A DNA stretch of 64,000 nt from assembly GCA_963730835.1 (NCBI GenBank), contig CAVSTE010000005.1, positions 141,522 through 205,521 of the forward strand, read 5' to 3'. Both the position numbers and the translations under genes were made by a program. The stretch is from an uncultured Actinomycetes bacterium. GTDB taxonomy: Bacteria > Actinomycetota > Thermoleophilia > Solirubrobacterales > Solirubrobacteraceae. Below are positions 42,753 to 52,225 of the stretch, in pieces. Each line of letters starts with the position of its first letter. The first letter of the stretch is position 1. The notes under the pieces were generated by a model. It saw only the letters and a program-made list of their open reading frames with translations. It did not search any database and was not told the origin of the DNA.

Positions 42753-42867
42753 TCCGGCACTTCGGCTGGCCCCGCTCGGCACGATTGCTTTCCGCGTCTT
42801 CGCCGCCTCCCCCGCGCTGGCGGTCGCCGGCGAACCTCAGCGCCGGGGCTGGTCCTCCGTGATCGCT

Positions 42868-43979
42868 TTATGCCGACGACGCGCGCGAACTCTGGTGATG
42901 CTGCAGCCGGAGCGCTAGCTGTAAGTCCCGAGAGGGTTGGTTCGCTCGTTGAGACCCGGCTGGGGTCCACGTGAGGGCGATCAGTCCGAACGCAGGGTCG
43001 ATGCCGCCGACAATCGTGCAGTGTCTGGCGGAAGGACACGCGATCACCGTCGGCGGTATGGACCGGATCCGGGCCGGGAGGATGTTGCTCGACCACCGGC
43101 CGTTGGCCCACTTCTCGACGTAGGACCGGGTTGACGAACCGCCGATGGCGAGGCACAGGCGGGAGGCGGGGCAGGAGACTGAGATCATTGTTGAGCGAGG
43201 GAATGGGTTGGGGGCTTGCTGGATCGTCCAGTGCGCTCCGTTCCAGCGCTCAGCGAGGTTCAGTTGTCGATTCTTCCGTGGGCGGTAGTAGCCGACTGCT
43301 GTACAGGCGCGGGTCGAGCTGCAGCTGATACTTGACAGATAGCTGTACTGCGTTGGCGAGGGAGTCGGCAGCGACCGAGCGACCATCGGCCTCGGTTTAG
43401 TTCCTCCACGATCGCTTGCGTCGCCTGACCGGGGAGTGACTGCCAGCCAGACACGAAGCATGTGTGGCGCCCTGGACACGAGAGGCCAGTCAGCGTGACC
43501 TGCGAGGCGCCTGCGGGGTTGAACGCGGGCGCCGCGCTCCAGTGTGCGCCGTTCCAGCGCTGCACAACGGTACGCGGTTGCTGGCCGCGAGAGGTTTGCC
43601 CGCCTACGGCGATGCAATCAGCTCTCGTCCAGCAGAACACCGGGCCATACCCAGCATTCCCGGACCGAGGCCCGATCGGCACCATCGACCAGCGGCGACC
43701 ATTCCACCGCTCCGCCAGCGGCACGCCCCGCTCTGCGGTACTCACATAAGAGCCGAGCGCCATGCAGAACCGCGCAGAAACGCAGGACACCCCCCGGAGG
43801 ACCGCTATGTAGCCCGTGTCGGGGTGCGCACGCGGACGCGGAATACCTTCGACCGACCAGGTCGACCCCGCGGCCAGCGCCGTTCCCGAAACGGTGACCG
43901 CAGCAAAGACAAGCGCCGAGGAAAGCCAGAACCGGCTGCCGGTCGCAGCGCGCAGCCGCTGGCACGACACCCACCCCAT
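42868..43979 (-). pseudogene. Secreted Cys-containing repeat protein (ERWNG..WS repeats), frameshifted near 43373
   Basis: Signal peptide; repeats of L.GVSC....C.A.G..ERWNG.W are split across ORFs 43260-43979 and 42868-43617. Confidence 0.65.
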
Positions 43980-44090
43980 CCTCGTTTCCTATCAGAACTG
44001 CGGTACGAGACGTGCGTGCGCCGAGGGTTACGGATCACGCCAAATCTGGGCAGGCGGCTGGCGCTTGCTTGCTCACAGACGGGGTTCCGA

Positions 44091-44163
44091 TGGCCCGGGC
44101 AGGATTCGAACCTGCGCGCGACGGATTATGAGTCCGCTGCTCTGACCCCTGAGCTACCGGGCC
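44091..44163 (-). tRNA. tRNA with CAT anticodon, probably tRNA-Ile2 (lysidine)
   Basis: Acceptor GGCCCGG/CCGGGCC plus A; anticodon arm GCGGA-CTCATAA-TCCGT; T arm GCAGG-TTCGAAT-CCTGC; lacks initiator features. Confidence 0.92.
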
Positions 44164-44215
44164 CTGGGTCCCGCGAAGCTAGCACCGGCCCCTGATTGAG
44201 ATACGCTCCGAGGGG

Positions 44216-44371
44216 ATGTTCATCTCGGCCTCGGCAGCACTCTCCCAGACGCTGGCGCTGCTGGCGACCTTCTTGGGTATCGGGGTGATCGTCAACGTGC
44301 TGGTGGTCTACATCCTCGCCCAGGTGTTCGCCGAGCGTAGGGAGAATCAGGAGCGCCGCGACGGCATCTGA
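44216..44371 (+). CDS. Small single-TM hypothetical protein (51 aa)
   Basis: MFISASAALSQTLALLATFLGIGVIVNVLVVYILAQVFAERRENQERRDGI; TACGCT 8 nt upstream. Confidence 0.7.
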   Translation: MFISASAALSQTLALLATFLGIGVIVNVLVVYILAQVFAERRENQERRDGI

Positions 44372-44467
44372 GGCCCCCGTGGGGGCGCCATAGCCGTCCG
44401 CCGCGAGGCGGCATAACGCTGCCGCTGAAGGAACGGCCCAGTCGGGCGTCGAAACAGACGCCTGCCG

Positions 44468-45388
44468 ATGAAGACCTCAGCGCCTACGAGTGCATCGCAC
44501 GGCCAGAACGGTGCGGCGACGAACCACACCGCCTCTAACGCCACGCCGACCGACACCGGCGCGCAAGCGCTCTCGGCGTACATCCGCTCGCGCTTCGATG
44601 AGTTCTCGCGCTCGCAGAAGGACGTCGCCCAGTACATCGTCGACCATCTCGATGAGGCGGCATTTCAGACCGCCGAGGAACTCGCCCGGCGTGCCTGCAC
44701 GTCCTCCAGCACAGTCGTCCGTTTCTCTCAGGCGCTCGGCTTCGAAGGCTTCCCCGAGCTTCAACAGGCCGCTCGCGACGAGTACCGCCGGCGGCCGCCT
44801 GACACGGCCGGTCAGGCAATGGCGGCAGCGCCACTGTTCTCGCTCGACCACACGGAGTTCGAAGCGGCGCTGGCCGCCGACCATGTCAGCGTCGAGGAAA
44901 CGGCTCGCAAGCTCTCTCGCTCATCGGTCGAGGCGGCGATCGACGCCATCGTTGGCTCCGAGAAGGTTCTGATCGCCGGCACCGACCAGATGGCGTTCTT
45001 CGCCAGCTACCTGCGGCATCTGCTGATGCTGCTCGATCTGCGGGCCGAGATCGTCGCCAGCCCATCACAGGAGGCGCTGGGTCGCCTTTCGCGGATCGAC
45101 GAGCGGACGCTGGTGATCGGACTTTCGGCTGGACGTCCCCATCCGCTCATCACGCGCACGATGAAGCTGGCGCGTCACCGCAAAGCTCCGACACTGGCGA
45201 TCACCGACGCCACGTTGTCGGAGGTCGCACGCCTGGCGCGGATCAGGCTCTACTACTCGTCGAACACGCCGGCCTTCGTCCGCTCTCACGCGGCCCTGCT
45301 GTCGCTGATTCAAGCCCTGGCCTACGGGGTGTACGCCCGCGACTCCCAGCAGTACGACGTGCGGATCAAGGCCTTTCGACTGAAGTAG
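44468..45388 (+). CDS. MurR/RpiR family transcriptional regulator
   Basis: TAEELA..SSTVVRF..LGFEGF.ELQ HTH followed by a SIS domain. Confidence 0.9.
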   Translation: MKTSAPTSASHGQNGAATNHTASNATPTDTGAQALSAYIRSRFDEFSRSQKDVAQYIVDHLDEAAFQTAEELARRACTSSSTVVRFSQALGFEGFPELQQAARDEYRRRPPDTAGQAMAAAPLFSLDHTEFEAALAADHVSVEETARKLSRSSVEAAIDAIVGSEKVLIAGTDQMAFFASYLRHLLMLLDLRAEIVASPSQEALGRLSRIDERTLVIGLSAGRPHPLITRTMKLARHRKAPTLAITDATLSEVARLARIRLYYSSNTPAFVRSHAALLSLIQALAYGVYARDSQQYDVRIKAFRLK

Positions 45389-45396
45389 CGCGAGGA

Positions 45397-45783
45397 CTGA
45401 AACCGCTAGTCCACCACGAGCTGTGCTTCGGCTGCGGCCGAACAAACCTGTTCGGGCTTCTGCTGGAGGCGGAGCGCTCGGGGTCGGGTGCCCTAGCCGG
45501 GCGGTGCTTCATCAAGCAGGACCACCAGGGCCCCGAGCGCGGCATGGCGCACCCGGGGATCGTGGCCGCTGCGCTCGTCGAGGCGATGGCCCTGGCCGCC
45601 GGCGATGAGGTGCGCGCCCGGGAAGTGACCGTCCAATTCCTCGGCTCGGCGCCGGTCGGGTCGTTTCTCGCCGTGGACGTGCGGCCCGAGCACCGCCAGG
45701 CGCAGAGCCTGACGCTGTCGGCCGTGGCGCGGTCCGGCGACGCGGTGGTGGCGGAAGCGCGTGGAACGTACGCCTCGGGGTAG
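45397..45783 (+). CDS. PaaI family (hotdog fold) thioesterase; start uncertain, possibly CTG
   Basis: HHELCFGCG..NLFGL..HQGP..AHPG lies in frame upstream of the first ATG (45544). Confidence 0.7.
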   Translation: MKPLVHHELCFGCGRTNLFGLLLEAERSGSGALAGRCFIKQDHQGPERGMAHPGIVAAALVEAMALAAGDEVRAREVTVQFLGSAPVGSFLAVDVRPEHRQAQSLTLSAVARSGDAVVAEARGTYASG

Positions 45784-45794
45784 TCTCCCGGCTA

Positions 45795-47843
45795 GTGGCC
45801 GAGAACGCGACACGCCAGATCCTCAAAGAGCACCTCGCCGACGGAGAGCTCAAGCCGGGATCACCGATCTCGCTGCGGATGGATCAGGCGCTGCTGCAGG
45901 ACGCGACGGGGACGATGGCGCTGATGCAGTTCGAGGAGCTCGGCGTGCCGCGGGTCAAGGTGGAGCGCGCTGTCCAGTACGTGGACCACAACGTTGTGCA
46001 GCTCGATTACAAGAACCCGGACGACCACCGCATGCTCCAGGCGCTGGCTCGCAAGTACGGCCTGCACTTCTCCCGCCCGGGCAACGGCATCAGCCACTAC
46101 ATCCATATGGAGCGCTATGCCAAGCCCGGACAGACGATGCTGGGGGCCGACTCCCACACCACCCAGGCCGGCTGCATGGGCATGATCGCCATCGGGGCCG
46201 GCGGACTGGACGTGGCGGTGGTGCTCGGCGGGCACCCGTACGAGATCTCCTGCCCGGAGGTGGTGGAGGTCCATCTGGACGGCAAGCTGAGCCGGCCGTG
46301 GGTGCAGGCCAAGGACATCATCCTCGAGTTGCTGCGCAGGCTCAGCGCCAGCGGCGGCAAGAACAAGGTGTTCGAATTCACCGGAGCCGGAACCGAGGAC
46401 CTGAGCATCCCCGAGCGGGCGACGATCGCCAACATGATCGCTGACCTCGGCGGCACCTCGGGGCTGTTCCCGCCGGATGAGAACACGCGGAAATGGCTCG
46501 AGCGCCAGAACCGCGAGAACGACTTCGCCGAGTTCAAGCCGGACCAGGGCGCGGAGTACGACGAGCGGGTCGAAATCGACCTCGACGAGCTGGGGCCGCT
46601 GGTCGCAAAGCCCCACAACCCCGACAACGTCGTCCCGGTCGAGGAGGTCAAGGGGACCGAGGTGGCCCAGGTGTGCATTGGCTCCTCGGTCAACTCGGGC
46701 TACAACGACCTGGCGCTCTCGGGTGCCGTGCTCGCGGACAGGGGAGGGCAGATCGTCCACCCGTCGATCGCCGCCACGGCCACGCCGGGTTCGCGCCAGA
46801 TCCTGGCGGCGATCGCCGAGTCCGGGGTCTATCGCCAGCTCTCGGACGGCGGCGTGAGGATGCTGGAGCCGGTATGCGGGCCGTGCGTGGGCATGGGTCA
46901 GGCCCCTCCGTCCGACGCCAACTCGCTGCGGACGTTCAACCGGAACTTCCCGGGCCGCTCGGGCACGCCCGAGGACTCGGTCTTTCTGTGCTCGCCCGCC
47001 GTGGCCGCGGTCTCGCTGCTGAGCGGCAAGATCGAGGATCCGCGCGAGTACGGCGACGCTCCGGAGCTGCTGCCGATGCCCGAGCTGCGCCCGTACGTCG
47101 ACGACGTCCACATCTTCGCCCCGGCCGATGAGCAGGAGGCGGAGAAGATCGAGATCCCCCGCGGGCCGAACATAAAGCGCCCTCCGGAGCACACGCCGAT
47201 CGGCGACTCGCTGGAGGCCAAGATCGCGACGATCCAGCCGGACGACATCTCAACGGGCGACCTGGCCCCCGACGGCGTCGAGGTCATGGCCTACCGCTCG
47301 AACGTGCCCGCGATCGCCGAGTTCACCTTCCGTCATCGCGACCCTGAGTTCCGCAAGCGGCTGAAGGAGTGGGGGAGCGGCTTCATTGTCGCGGGCGAGA
47401 ACTACGGGCAAGGCTCCTCCCGCGAGCACGCCGCGCTGGCGCCGCTGCACCTGGGGGTGAGGGCGGTGATCGCGAAGTCCTTTGCCCGCATCCACCGCCG
47501 AAACCTCATCGCCCAGGGGATCGTGGCGCTCACATTCTCCGAGGAGAGTGACTACGACAAGGCGGAAGTGGGCCAGACCTGGACGCTGCCGAAGCTCAAG
47601 GAAGAGCTCGAACAGGGAGCGGAGGCGATCAGCGCAAAGATCGACGACACGGGCGACGAGCTCACGCTGACGCACGACTTCTCAGAACACGAGCGGGAGA
47701 TTCTGATCGCCGGGGGACTGCTCTCCTACCTGCGCCGGGGCGAGAGCGGAGACGGCTCGCGAGCCGATAGCGCCGACCGCGCCGATAGAGCCGACCGCGC
47801 CGATCGCGACGCGGGCTCCACGGGCCAGGCCGCCGAGCGGTAA
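45795..47843 (+). CDS. Aconitate hydratase (short aconitase-family type)
   Basis: LQDATG, DHN, PGNGISH, GADSHT, CGPCVGMG, FNRNF.GR, NYGQGSSREHA. Confidence 0.92.
   Translation: MAENATRQILKEHLADGELKPGSPISLRMDQALLQDATGTMALMQFEELGVPRVKVERAVQYVDHNVVQLDYKNPDDHRMLQALARKYGLHFSRPGNGISHYIHMERYAKPGQTMLGADSHTTQAGCMGMIAIGAGGLDVAVVLGGHPYEISCPEVVEVHLDGKLSRPWVQAKDIILELLRRLSASGGKNKVFEFTGAGTEDLSIPERATIANMIADLGGTSGLFPPDENTRKWLERQNRENDFAEFKPDQGAEYDERVEIDLDELGPLVAKPHNPDNVVPVEEVKGTEVAQVCIGSSVNSGYNDLALSGAVLADRGGQIVHPSIAATATPGSRQILAAIAESGVYRQLSDGGVRMLEPVCGPCVGMGQAPPSDANSLRTFNRNFPGRSGTPEDSVFLCSPAVAAVSLLSGKIEDPREYGDAPELLPMPELRPYVDDVHIFAPADEQEAEKIEIPRGPNIKRPPEHTPIGDSLEAKIATIQPDDISTGDLAPDGVEVMAYRSNVPAIAEFTFRHRDPEFRKRLKEWGSGFIVAGENYGQGSSREHAALAPLHLGVRAVIAKSFARIHRRNLIAQGIVALTFSEESDYDKAEVGQTWTLPKLKEELEQGAEAISAKIDDTGDELTLTHDFSEHEREILIAGGLLSYLRRGESGDGSRADSADRADRADRADRDAGSTGQAAER
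47763..47807 (+). repeat. Five 9-bp tandem repeats (GCCGAYMGM) in the aconitase C-terminal tail
   Basis: Encodes ADS-ADR-ADR-ADR-ADR. Confidence 0.8.
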
Positions 47844-48623
47844 TCAGCGGCGCGCCACGACCAGGGCCTGCGTGGCCCGGCCCACGCGGCCACGCTCGTC
47901 GAACAGAACGCTCTCGGCCATCCCGATTCCGTCGGAGACCACCCGTGTCTCCGCCTGGAGGCAGACCCACTCGCCCTGCGGCGCACGGTCGATGTACAGC
48001 GTCAGATCGGGATTGATGAACAGATGGTCGTCCCAGGAGACGACGGCGCTGATGCCGTTGCCGAAGTCACCGGCGGCCGCCAGCCGCTGCAGTGGCGAGG
48101 CCTCCTCGCCGGCGACCAGCGGGACTCGGAGGCGAAACCAGCCTGTGGAGGGGCCGCGGGCCATGAACGTCCCTTCCACGAAGCGGATTTCGATCGCATC
48201 GGGGGCGAACATCGGCCGGTGCGGAGCCAACAAGTCGCCCGCGCTGCCGTGCGCCGGGCCGAGCGGCGGCTGCAGCGGTTCGCTGGTGTCGTCCATCTCC
48301 GCGCGTCTGACGCGTAGCGCGCGCGCCCGGACGACCTCCTGGCCTGAACCATCGAACAGCGAGGCCTCGAGGAGCTGCACCCTGCGCCCCGGTCTGACGA
48401 TCGACGAGCGGATCTCGAGCGGGCCGAGCGGCACAGGGCGCAGGAACTCATAGGTCACGCGGCCGATCAGAAGACCCTCGCCGGCGGGGACACGCTCGAA
48501 CTCGCGCATCAACAGCGCCGCTGGCGCGCCGCCGTGCTGGGCGTTCGAATCCCACGGTCCGCGAGCGAGCTCCGTGGCGACGAACCGTCCATCCTGGGGC
48601 ACGAACACCGCCTCGGCGGACAT
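47844..48623 (-). CDS. Acyl-CoA thioesterase-like (double hotdog) protein
   Basis: RGPW...QHGGAP, DFGNG, INPDLT. Confidence 0.88.
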   Translation of the reverse strand: MSAEAVFVPQDGRFVATELARGPWDSNAQHGGAPAALLMREFERVPAGEGLLIGRVTYEFLRPVPLGPLEIRSSIVRPGRRVQLLEASLFDGSGQEVVRARALRVRRAEMDDTSEPLQPPLGPAHGSAGDLLAPHRPMFAPDAIEIRFVEGTFMARGPSTGWFRLRVPLVAGEEASPLQRLAAAGDFGNGISAVVSWDDHLFINPDLTLYIDRAPQGEWVCLQAETRVVSDGIGMAESVLFDERGRVGRATQALVVARR

Positions 48624-48661
48624 GGCGGCACACGGTAGCGCCCGGCTACACTCGAATCGCG

Positions 48662-49564
48662 ATGGACGAGCTCGAAAACCGGCGCGACGAAGCGACATTC
48701 ACCGTCAAGGCAGGCCTCGCGGAAATGCTCAAGGGCGGCGTGATCATGGACGTCGTAACCCCCGAGCAGGCCAAGGTCGCCGAGGATGCCGGCGCCGCGG
48801 CGGTGATGGCGCTGGAGCGGGTCCCGGCCGACATCCGCCGCGACGGCGGCGTTGCCCGCATGTCCGACCCGGCCATGATCCGCCAGATCCAGGAGGGGGT
48901 GACGATCCCCGTCATGGCCAAGGCACGCATCGGGCACTTCGTCGAGGCCCAGGTGCTCGAGGCGCTAGAGGTCGACTACATCGACGAGTCTGAAGTTCTG
49001 ACCCCCGCCGATGAGGCCAATCACATCGACAAGTGGCAGTTCAAGGTGCCGTTCGTGTGCGGCGCGACGAATCTCGGCGAGGCGCTGCGCCGGATCGGCG
49101 AGGGAGCGGCCATGATTCGCTCCAAGGGGGAGGCCGGGACGGGTGACATCGTCGAGGCGGTGCGCCACCTCAGAAGGATCGGAGGGGAGATCCGGCGCCT
49201 CCAGACGCTCGACGACGGTGAGCTGGCGACCGCCGCCAAGGAGCTGCAGTCGCCGCTGCACCTGGTGCGCCAGGTGGCCCAGGACGGGCGTCTGCCGGTC
49301 GTGCTGTTCTGCGCGGGCGGCATCGCCACCCCCGCCGACGCGGCGCTGGTCATGCAGCTGGGCGCCGAAGGGGTGTTCGTCGGCTCGGGGATCTTCAAAT
49401 CAGAAGACCCGGAGCGCCGGGCCAGGGCGATCGTGGAGGCCACGACCCATTTCAATGATCCGGCCAGAGTGGCCGCCGCGTCCACGGGGCTGGGTCAGCC
49501 GATGTCAAGTCTCGAGACCTCCAAGCTCGAGCACGAGCAGCTGCTCGCCCCGCGCGGCTGGTAG
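48662..49564 (+). CDS. pdxS: Pyridoxal 5'-phosphate synthase lyase subunit
   Basis: [36 protein letters not shown]. Confidence 0.97.
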   Translation: MDELENRRDEATFTVKAGLAEMLKGGVIMDVVTPEQAKVAEDAGAAAVMALERVPADIRRDGGVARMSDPAMIRQIQEGVTIPVMAKARIGHFVEAQVLEALEVDYIDESEVLTPADEANHIDKWQFKVPFVCGATNLGEALRRIGEGAAMIRSKGEAGTGDIVEAVRHLRRIGGEIRRLQTLDDGELATAAKELQSPLHLVRQVAQDGRLPVVLFCAGGIATPADAALVMQLGAEGVFVGSGIFKSEDPERRARAIVEATTHFNDPARVAAASTGLGQPMSSLETSKLEHEQLLAPRGW

Positions 49565-49566
49565 CG

Positions 49567-50127
49567 GTGGCAGGAGCCGTCGGGATCCTCGCCCTTCAGG
49601 GCGGCTTCGAGGCGCACGCCCGCATCCTGCGCGAGCTGGGCGCCGAACCGCGCCAGGTTCGCGTGGCGGACGATCTGAATGGCCTCGACGCGCTGATCAT
49701 CCCCGGCGGGGAGTCAACCGTGATGACGTTGGGAATCGAGCGGGAAGGGCTCGCGGAGCCCTTGCGTCGCCTGGCTAGCGACGGCACCCCGATACTCGGC
49801 ACCTGCGCCGGCATGATCATGCTCGACCGCGATCATCTCGGGCTACTCGACATCCGCGCAGCGCGCAACGCGTTCGGCCGCCAGCTGCGCTCGTTCGAGA
49901 CCGAGCTGGAGCTGGCGGGCGTCCCCGGAGGGCCGCTGCACGCGGTGTTCATCCGGGCGCCGTGGGTGGCTGAGCACGGCGATGATGTCGAGGTCCTGGC
50001 GCGCCTAGACGGGCGCCCGGTGGCCGTCAGAGAAGGCAACCTGCTGGCCGTCGCCTTTCACCCGGAGCTGTCCGGGGAAACCCGTCTCCACGAGCTGCTG
50101 CTTGGAATGAATGGCGCCGCTGATTAA
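49567..50127 (+). CDS. pdxT: Pyridoxal 5'-phosphate synthase glutaminase subunit
   Basis: ILALQG, PGGEST, GTCAG, RNAFGRQ, FIRAP, FHPEL. Confidence 0.97.
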   Translation: MAGAVGILALQGGFEAHARILRELGAEPRQVRVADDLNGLDALIIPGGESTVMTLGIEREGLAEPLRRLASDGTPILGTCAGMIMLDRDHLGLLDIRAARNAFGRQLRSFETELELAGVPGGPLHAVFIRAPWVAEHGDDVEVLARLDGRPVAVREGNLLAVAFHPELSGETRLHELLLGMNGAAD

Positions 50128-50543
50128 TCCAACGCCGGCTGGCGTCGGCGGCGCCGCCGGCGCGCATAATCGCGAAATTCACGCTCGAACGCCGCCCAGT
50201 CAAACGTCGGCGCGCCGTCGGGGGCCGGCGGTGGATGTTGGTCTGAGGGCTCGTCGCCGCCCCGCGGCGGATCCTCGCCGGTGTCCTTACCGCGGGATAG
50301 CCACAGCGCCAACGCGCAGATCGCGATGCCGCTGGCGTAGACCAGCGCCGCCAGCGTCGTGTGGTGCGTGAGCGAAGCGACGCCCCCAACGGCGTAGAGC
50401 ACGAGCGCGGAGATCACCAAGCGGCGCAGCTCGGCGTACGGGACTGCGCGCCGTGGCGCTGTGCCATAGGCACCGAGGAAGATCGCCGCGCCTAGCGCGA
50501 CCGCGAGAAGCAGCTTCCACACGTCTGACAGAAGCATGGGCAT
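50124..50543 (-). CDS. Hypothetical membrane protein
   Basis: Three TM segments; Pro-rich tail ending DWAAFEREF. Confidence 0.7.
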   Translation of the reverse strand: MPMLLSDVWKLLLAVALGAAIFLGAYGTAPRRAVPYAELRRLVISALVLYAVGGVASLTHHTTLAALVYASGIAICALALWLSRGKDTGEDPPRGGDEPSDQHPPPAPDGAPTFDWAAFEREFRDYARRRRRRRQPALD

Positions 50544-50620
50544 CGCCTACCCCGATGATCGACCCCTGACCCTCAGAAATCAAGCCCACCGAGCCGATCT
50601 TGGGGGCGAGCTGCGCGGCC

Positions 50621-52195
50621 TCAGACCACGAGTCCGTGGCGCATCGTGTTCTCGCTCACCACCTGCGGCTCGACGAAATGCAACACATAATCGGGGCCGC
50701 CGGCCTTGCTGCCGGTCCCGGACAGCCGGTTGCCGCCGAACGGCTGGCGGCCGACCTTGGCGCCGGTGATTCCCCGGTTCACGTAGAGGTTGCCGACGGG
50801 ACTGCGCCCCCGCACGTAGCGAACCGTGCCAGGATCCCGGGCGTAGAGCCCACCGGTGAGCGCATAGGGCAACGAATCCACGAGCTCGCAGCCGTGCTCG
50901 ATGTCGCGCACCGGCTCGACCGTCAAAAGCGGCCCGAACACCTCCTCTGTCAGGACCGGTGAATCCAGCTTCAGGTCGGTGGCCACGGTCGGGGGGCAGA
51001 ACCACCCCTGCTCGGGAACGGGCTCGGCGGCGGCCACGATCCGTCCCGCGGCCGCCATCGCTCGGTAATCAGAGATCCGCTCCTGGGCCGAACGTTCGAT
51101 CACGGGCGGCACGTCGGTCGCCAAATCCGCAGCCTGGCCCACGACCAGCACCCGCACCGCCCCGGCCACGCGCTCCAGCAGGTGCTCGAAGATTGCCTCG
51201 TGCGCCAGCACACGCGAGGCGGCGGAGCATTTCTGGCCGGCGTAGGCGAACGCGGATGAGACGATCCCGGGGACGGCCTCGTCGAGATCTGCATCCGCGT
51301 CGACCAGCACGCAGTTCTTGCCCCCGAGCTCGGCGATCACGCGCTTGAGGTCGCGCTGTCCGGGCACGGGGTCGCCCGCCGATCGCACGATCTCGAGCCC
51401 CACCGCCAGCGAGCCGGTGAACGCGATGGTCTGCACGGCCGGATGCCGGACGAGAGCCTGACCGACTTCGCCTTCGCCGGGGAGCAGGGCGATCGCTTGC
51501 GGAGGTACGCCTCCAGCGCGCAAGGCCTGCACCAGCCGCAGAGCGCAGCCCGGCGATTGCTCCGCGGGCTTGAGCACGACGGCGTTCCCCGTGGCCAGCG
51601 CGCCGGCCGCCATGCCGCAGGGGATGGCGATCGGAAAGTTCCAGGGGGAAATCACGGCCGTCACTCCGCGTGGCACATAGCACAGCTCGTTGCGCTCGCC
51701 CGGAACCTGAACCAACGGCCGGCCCGCTTCGAGCTCCACCGCCGCCCGGGCGTAGTACTCGAGGAAATCGATCGCCTCGCACACATCGGCGTCCGCCTCC
51801 GCCCAGGGCTTTGCGCACTCGCGCACCTCGAGCGCAGCGAGCTCCAGCCTTCGCTCGCGCATCCACGCAGCGGCATTGACCAAAGCCCTCGCGCGCTCGG
51901 CTGCGCCGACCGCGCGCCAGGCGCGGAACCCAGAGCCTGCCGCGTCCACGGCGGCCGATACCTCGTCGGCCGTGGCCCGAGGACCGGTGGCCACCAAACG
52001 GTCAGGATTGCCCGGGTCGGTTGACTGAAGTGGCTCGCCGCCGGGCTCGGTGCGGGCACCGTCGCCGACCATCACCCCGACGGTCAGCGGCAGAATCCGA
52101 TCGAGGGCCTCCAACGAGCCCACCATGTGCTGGCGCACGGTCGCCCGGCGCAGCTCGAGGACCGGCTCGTTGCTAAACGGGGCTGGCTGCGCCAC
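50621..52195 (-). CDS. 1-pyrroline-5-carboxylate (glutamate semialdehyde) dehydrogenase, PutA C-terminal half
   Basis: FSNEP, ISPWNFP, FTGS, ELGGKN, GQKCSA, EEVFGP, QPFGG. Confidence 0.92.
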   Translation of the reverse strand: MAQPAPFSNEPVLELRRATVRQHMVGSLEALDRILPLTVGVMVGDGARTEPGGEPLQSTDPGNPDRLVATGPRATADEVSAAVDAAGSGFRAWRAVGAAERARALVNAAAWMRERRLELAALEVRECAKPWAEADADVCEAIDFLEYYARAAVELEAGRPLVQVPGERNELCYVPRGVTAVISPWNFPIAIPCGMAAGALATGNAVVLKPAEQSPGCALRLVQALRAGGVPPQAIALLPGEGEVGQALVRHPAVQTIAFTGSLAVGLEIVRSAGDPVPGQRDLKRVIAELGGKNCVLVDADADLDEAVPGIVSSAFAYAGQKCSAASRVLAHEAIFEHLLERVAGAVRVLVVGQAADLATDVPPVIERSAQERISDYRAMAAAGRIVAAAEPVPEQGWFCPPTVATDLKLDSPVLTEEVFGPLLTVEPVRDIEHGCELVDSLPYALTGGLYARDPGTVRYVRGRSPVGNLYVNRGITGAKVGRQPFGGNRLSGTGSKAGGPDYVLHFVEPQVVSENTMRHGLVV

Positions 52196-52225
52196 GCGGC
52201 CGACCGTAGCAGCGGTGCTCGGGCG

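Noticed and set aside
44091-44163. tRNA-Met or initiator tRNA call
   Set aside because: There is no C1:A72 mismatch and no three consecutive G-C pairs in the anticodon stem; the sequence resembles tRNA-Ile2. Elongator Met cannot be fully excluded without a covariance model.
45438-45455. GAAC..GTTC inverted repeat as a second LexA box
   Set aside because: The spacer is 6 nt rather than 4 and the site lies within the PaaI coding region.
49490-49515. ATGTCAAGT resembling the XerD arm of an actinobacterial dif site
   Set aside because: It lies inside pdxS and lacks the TT prefix, the AT-rich core and the XerC arm.
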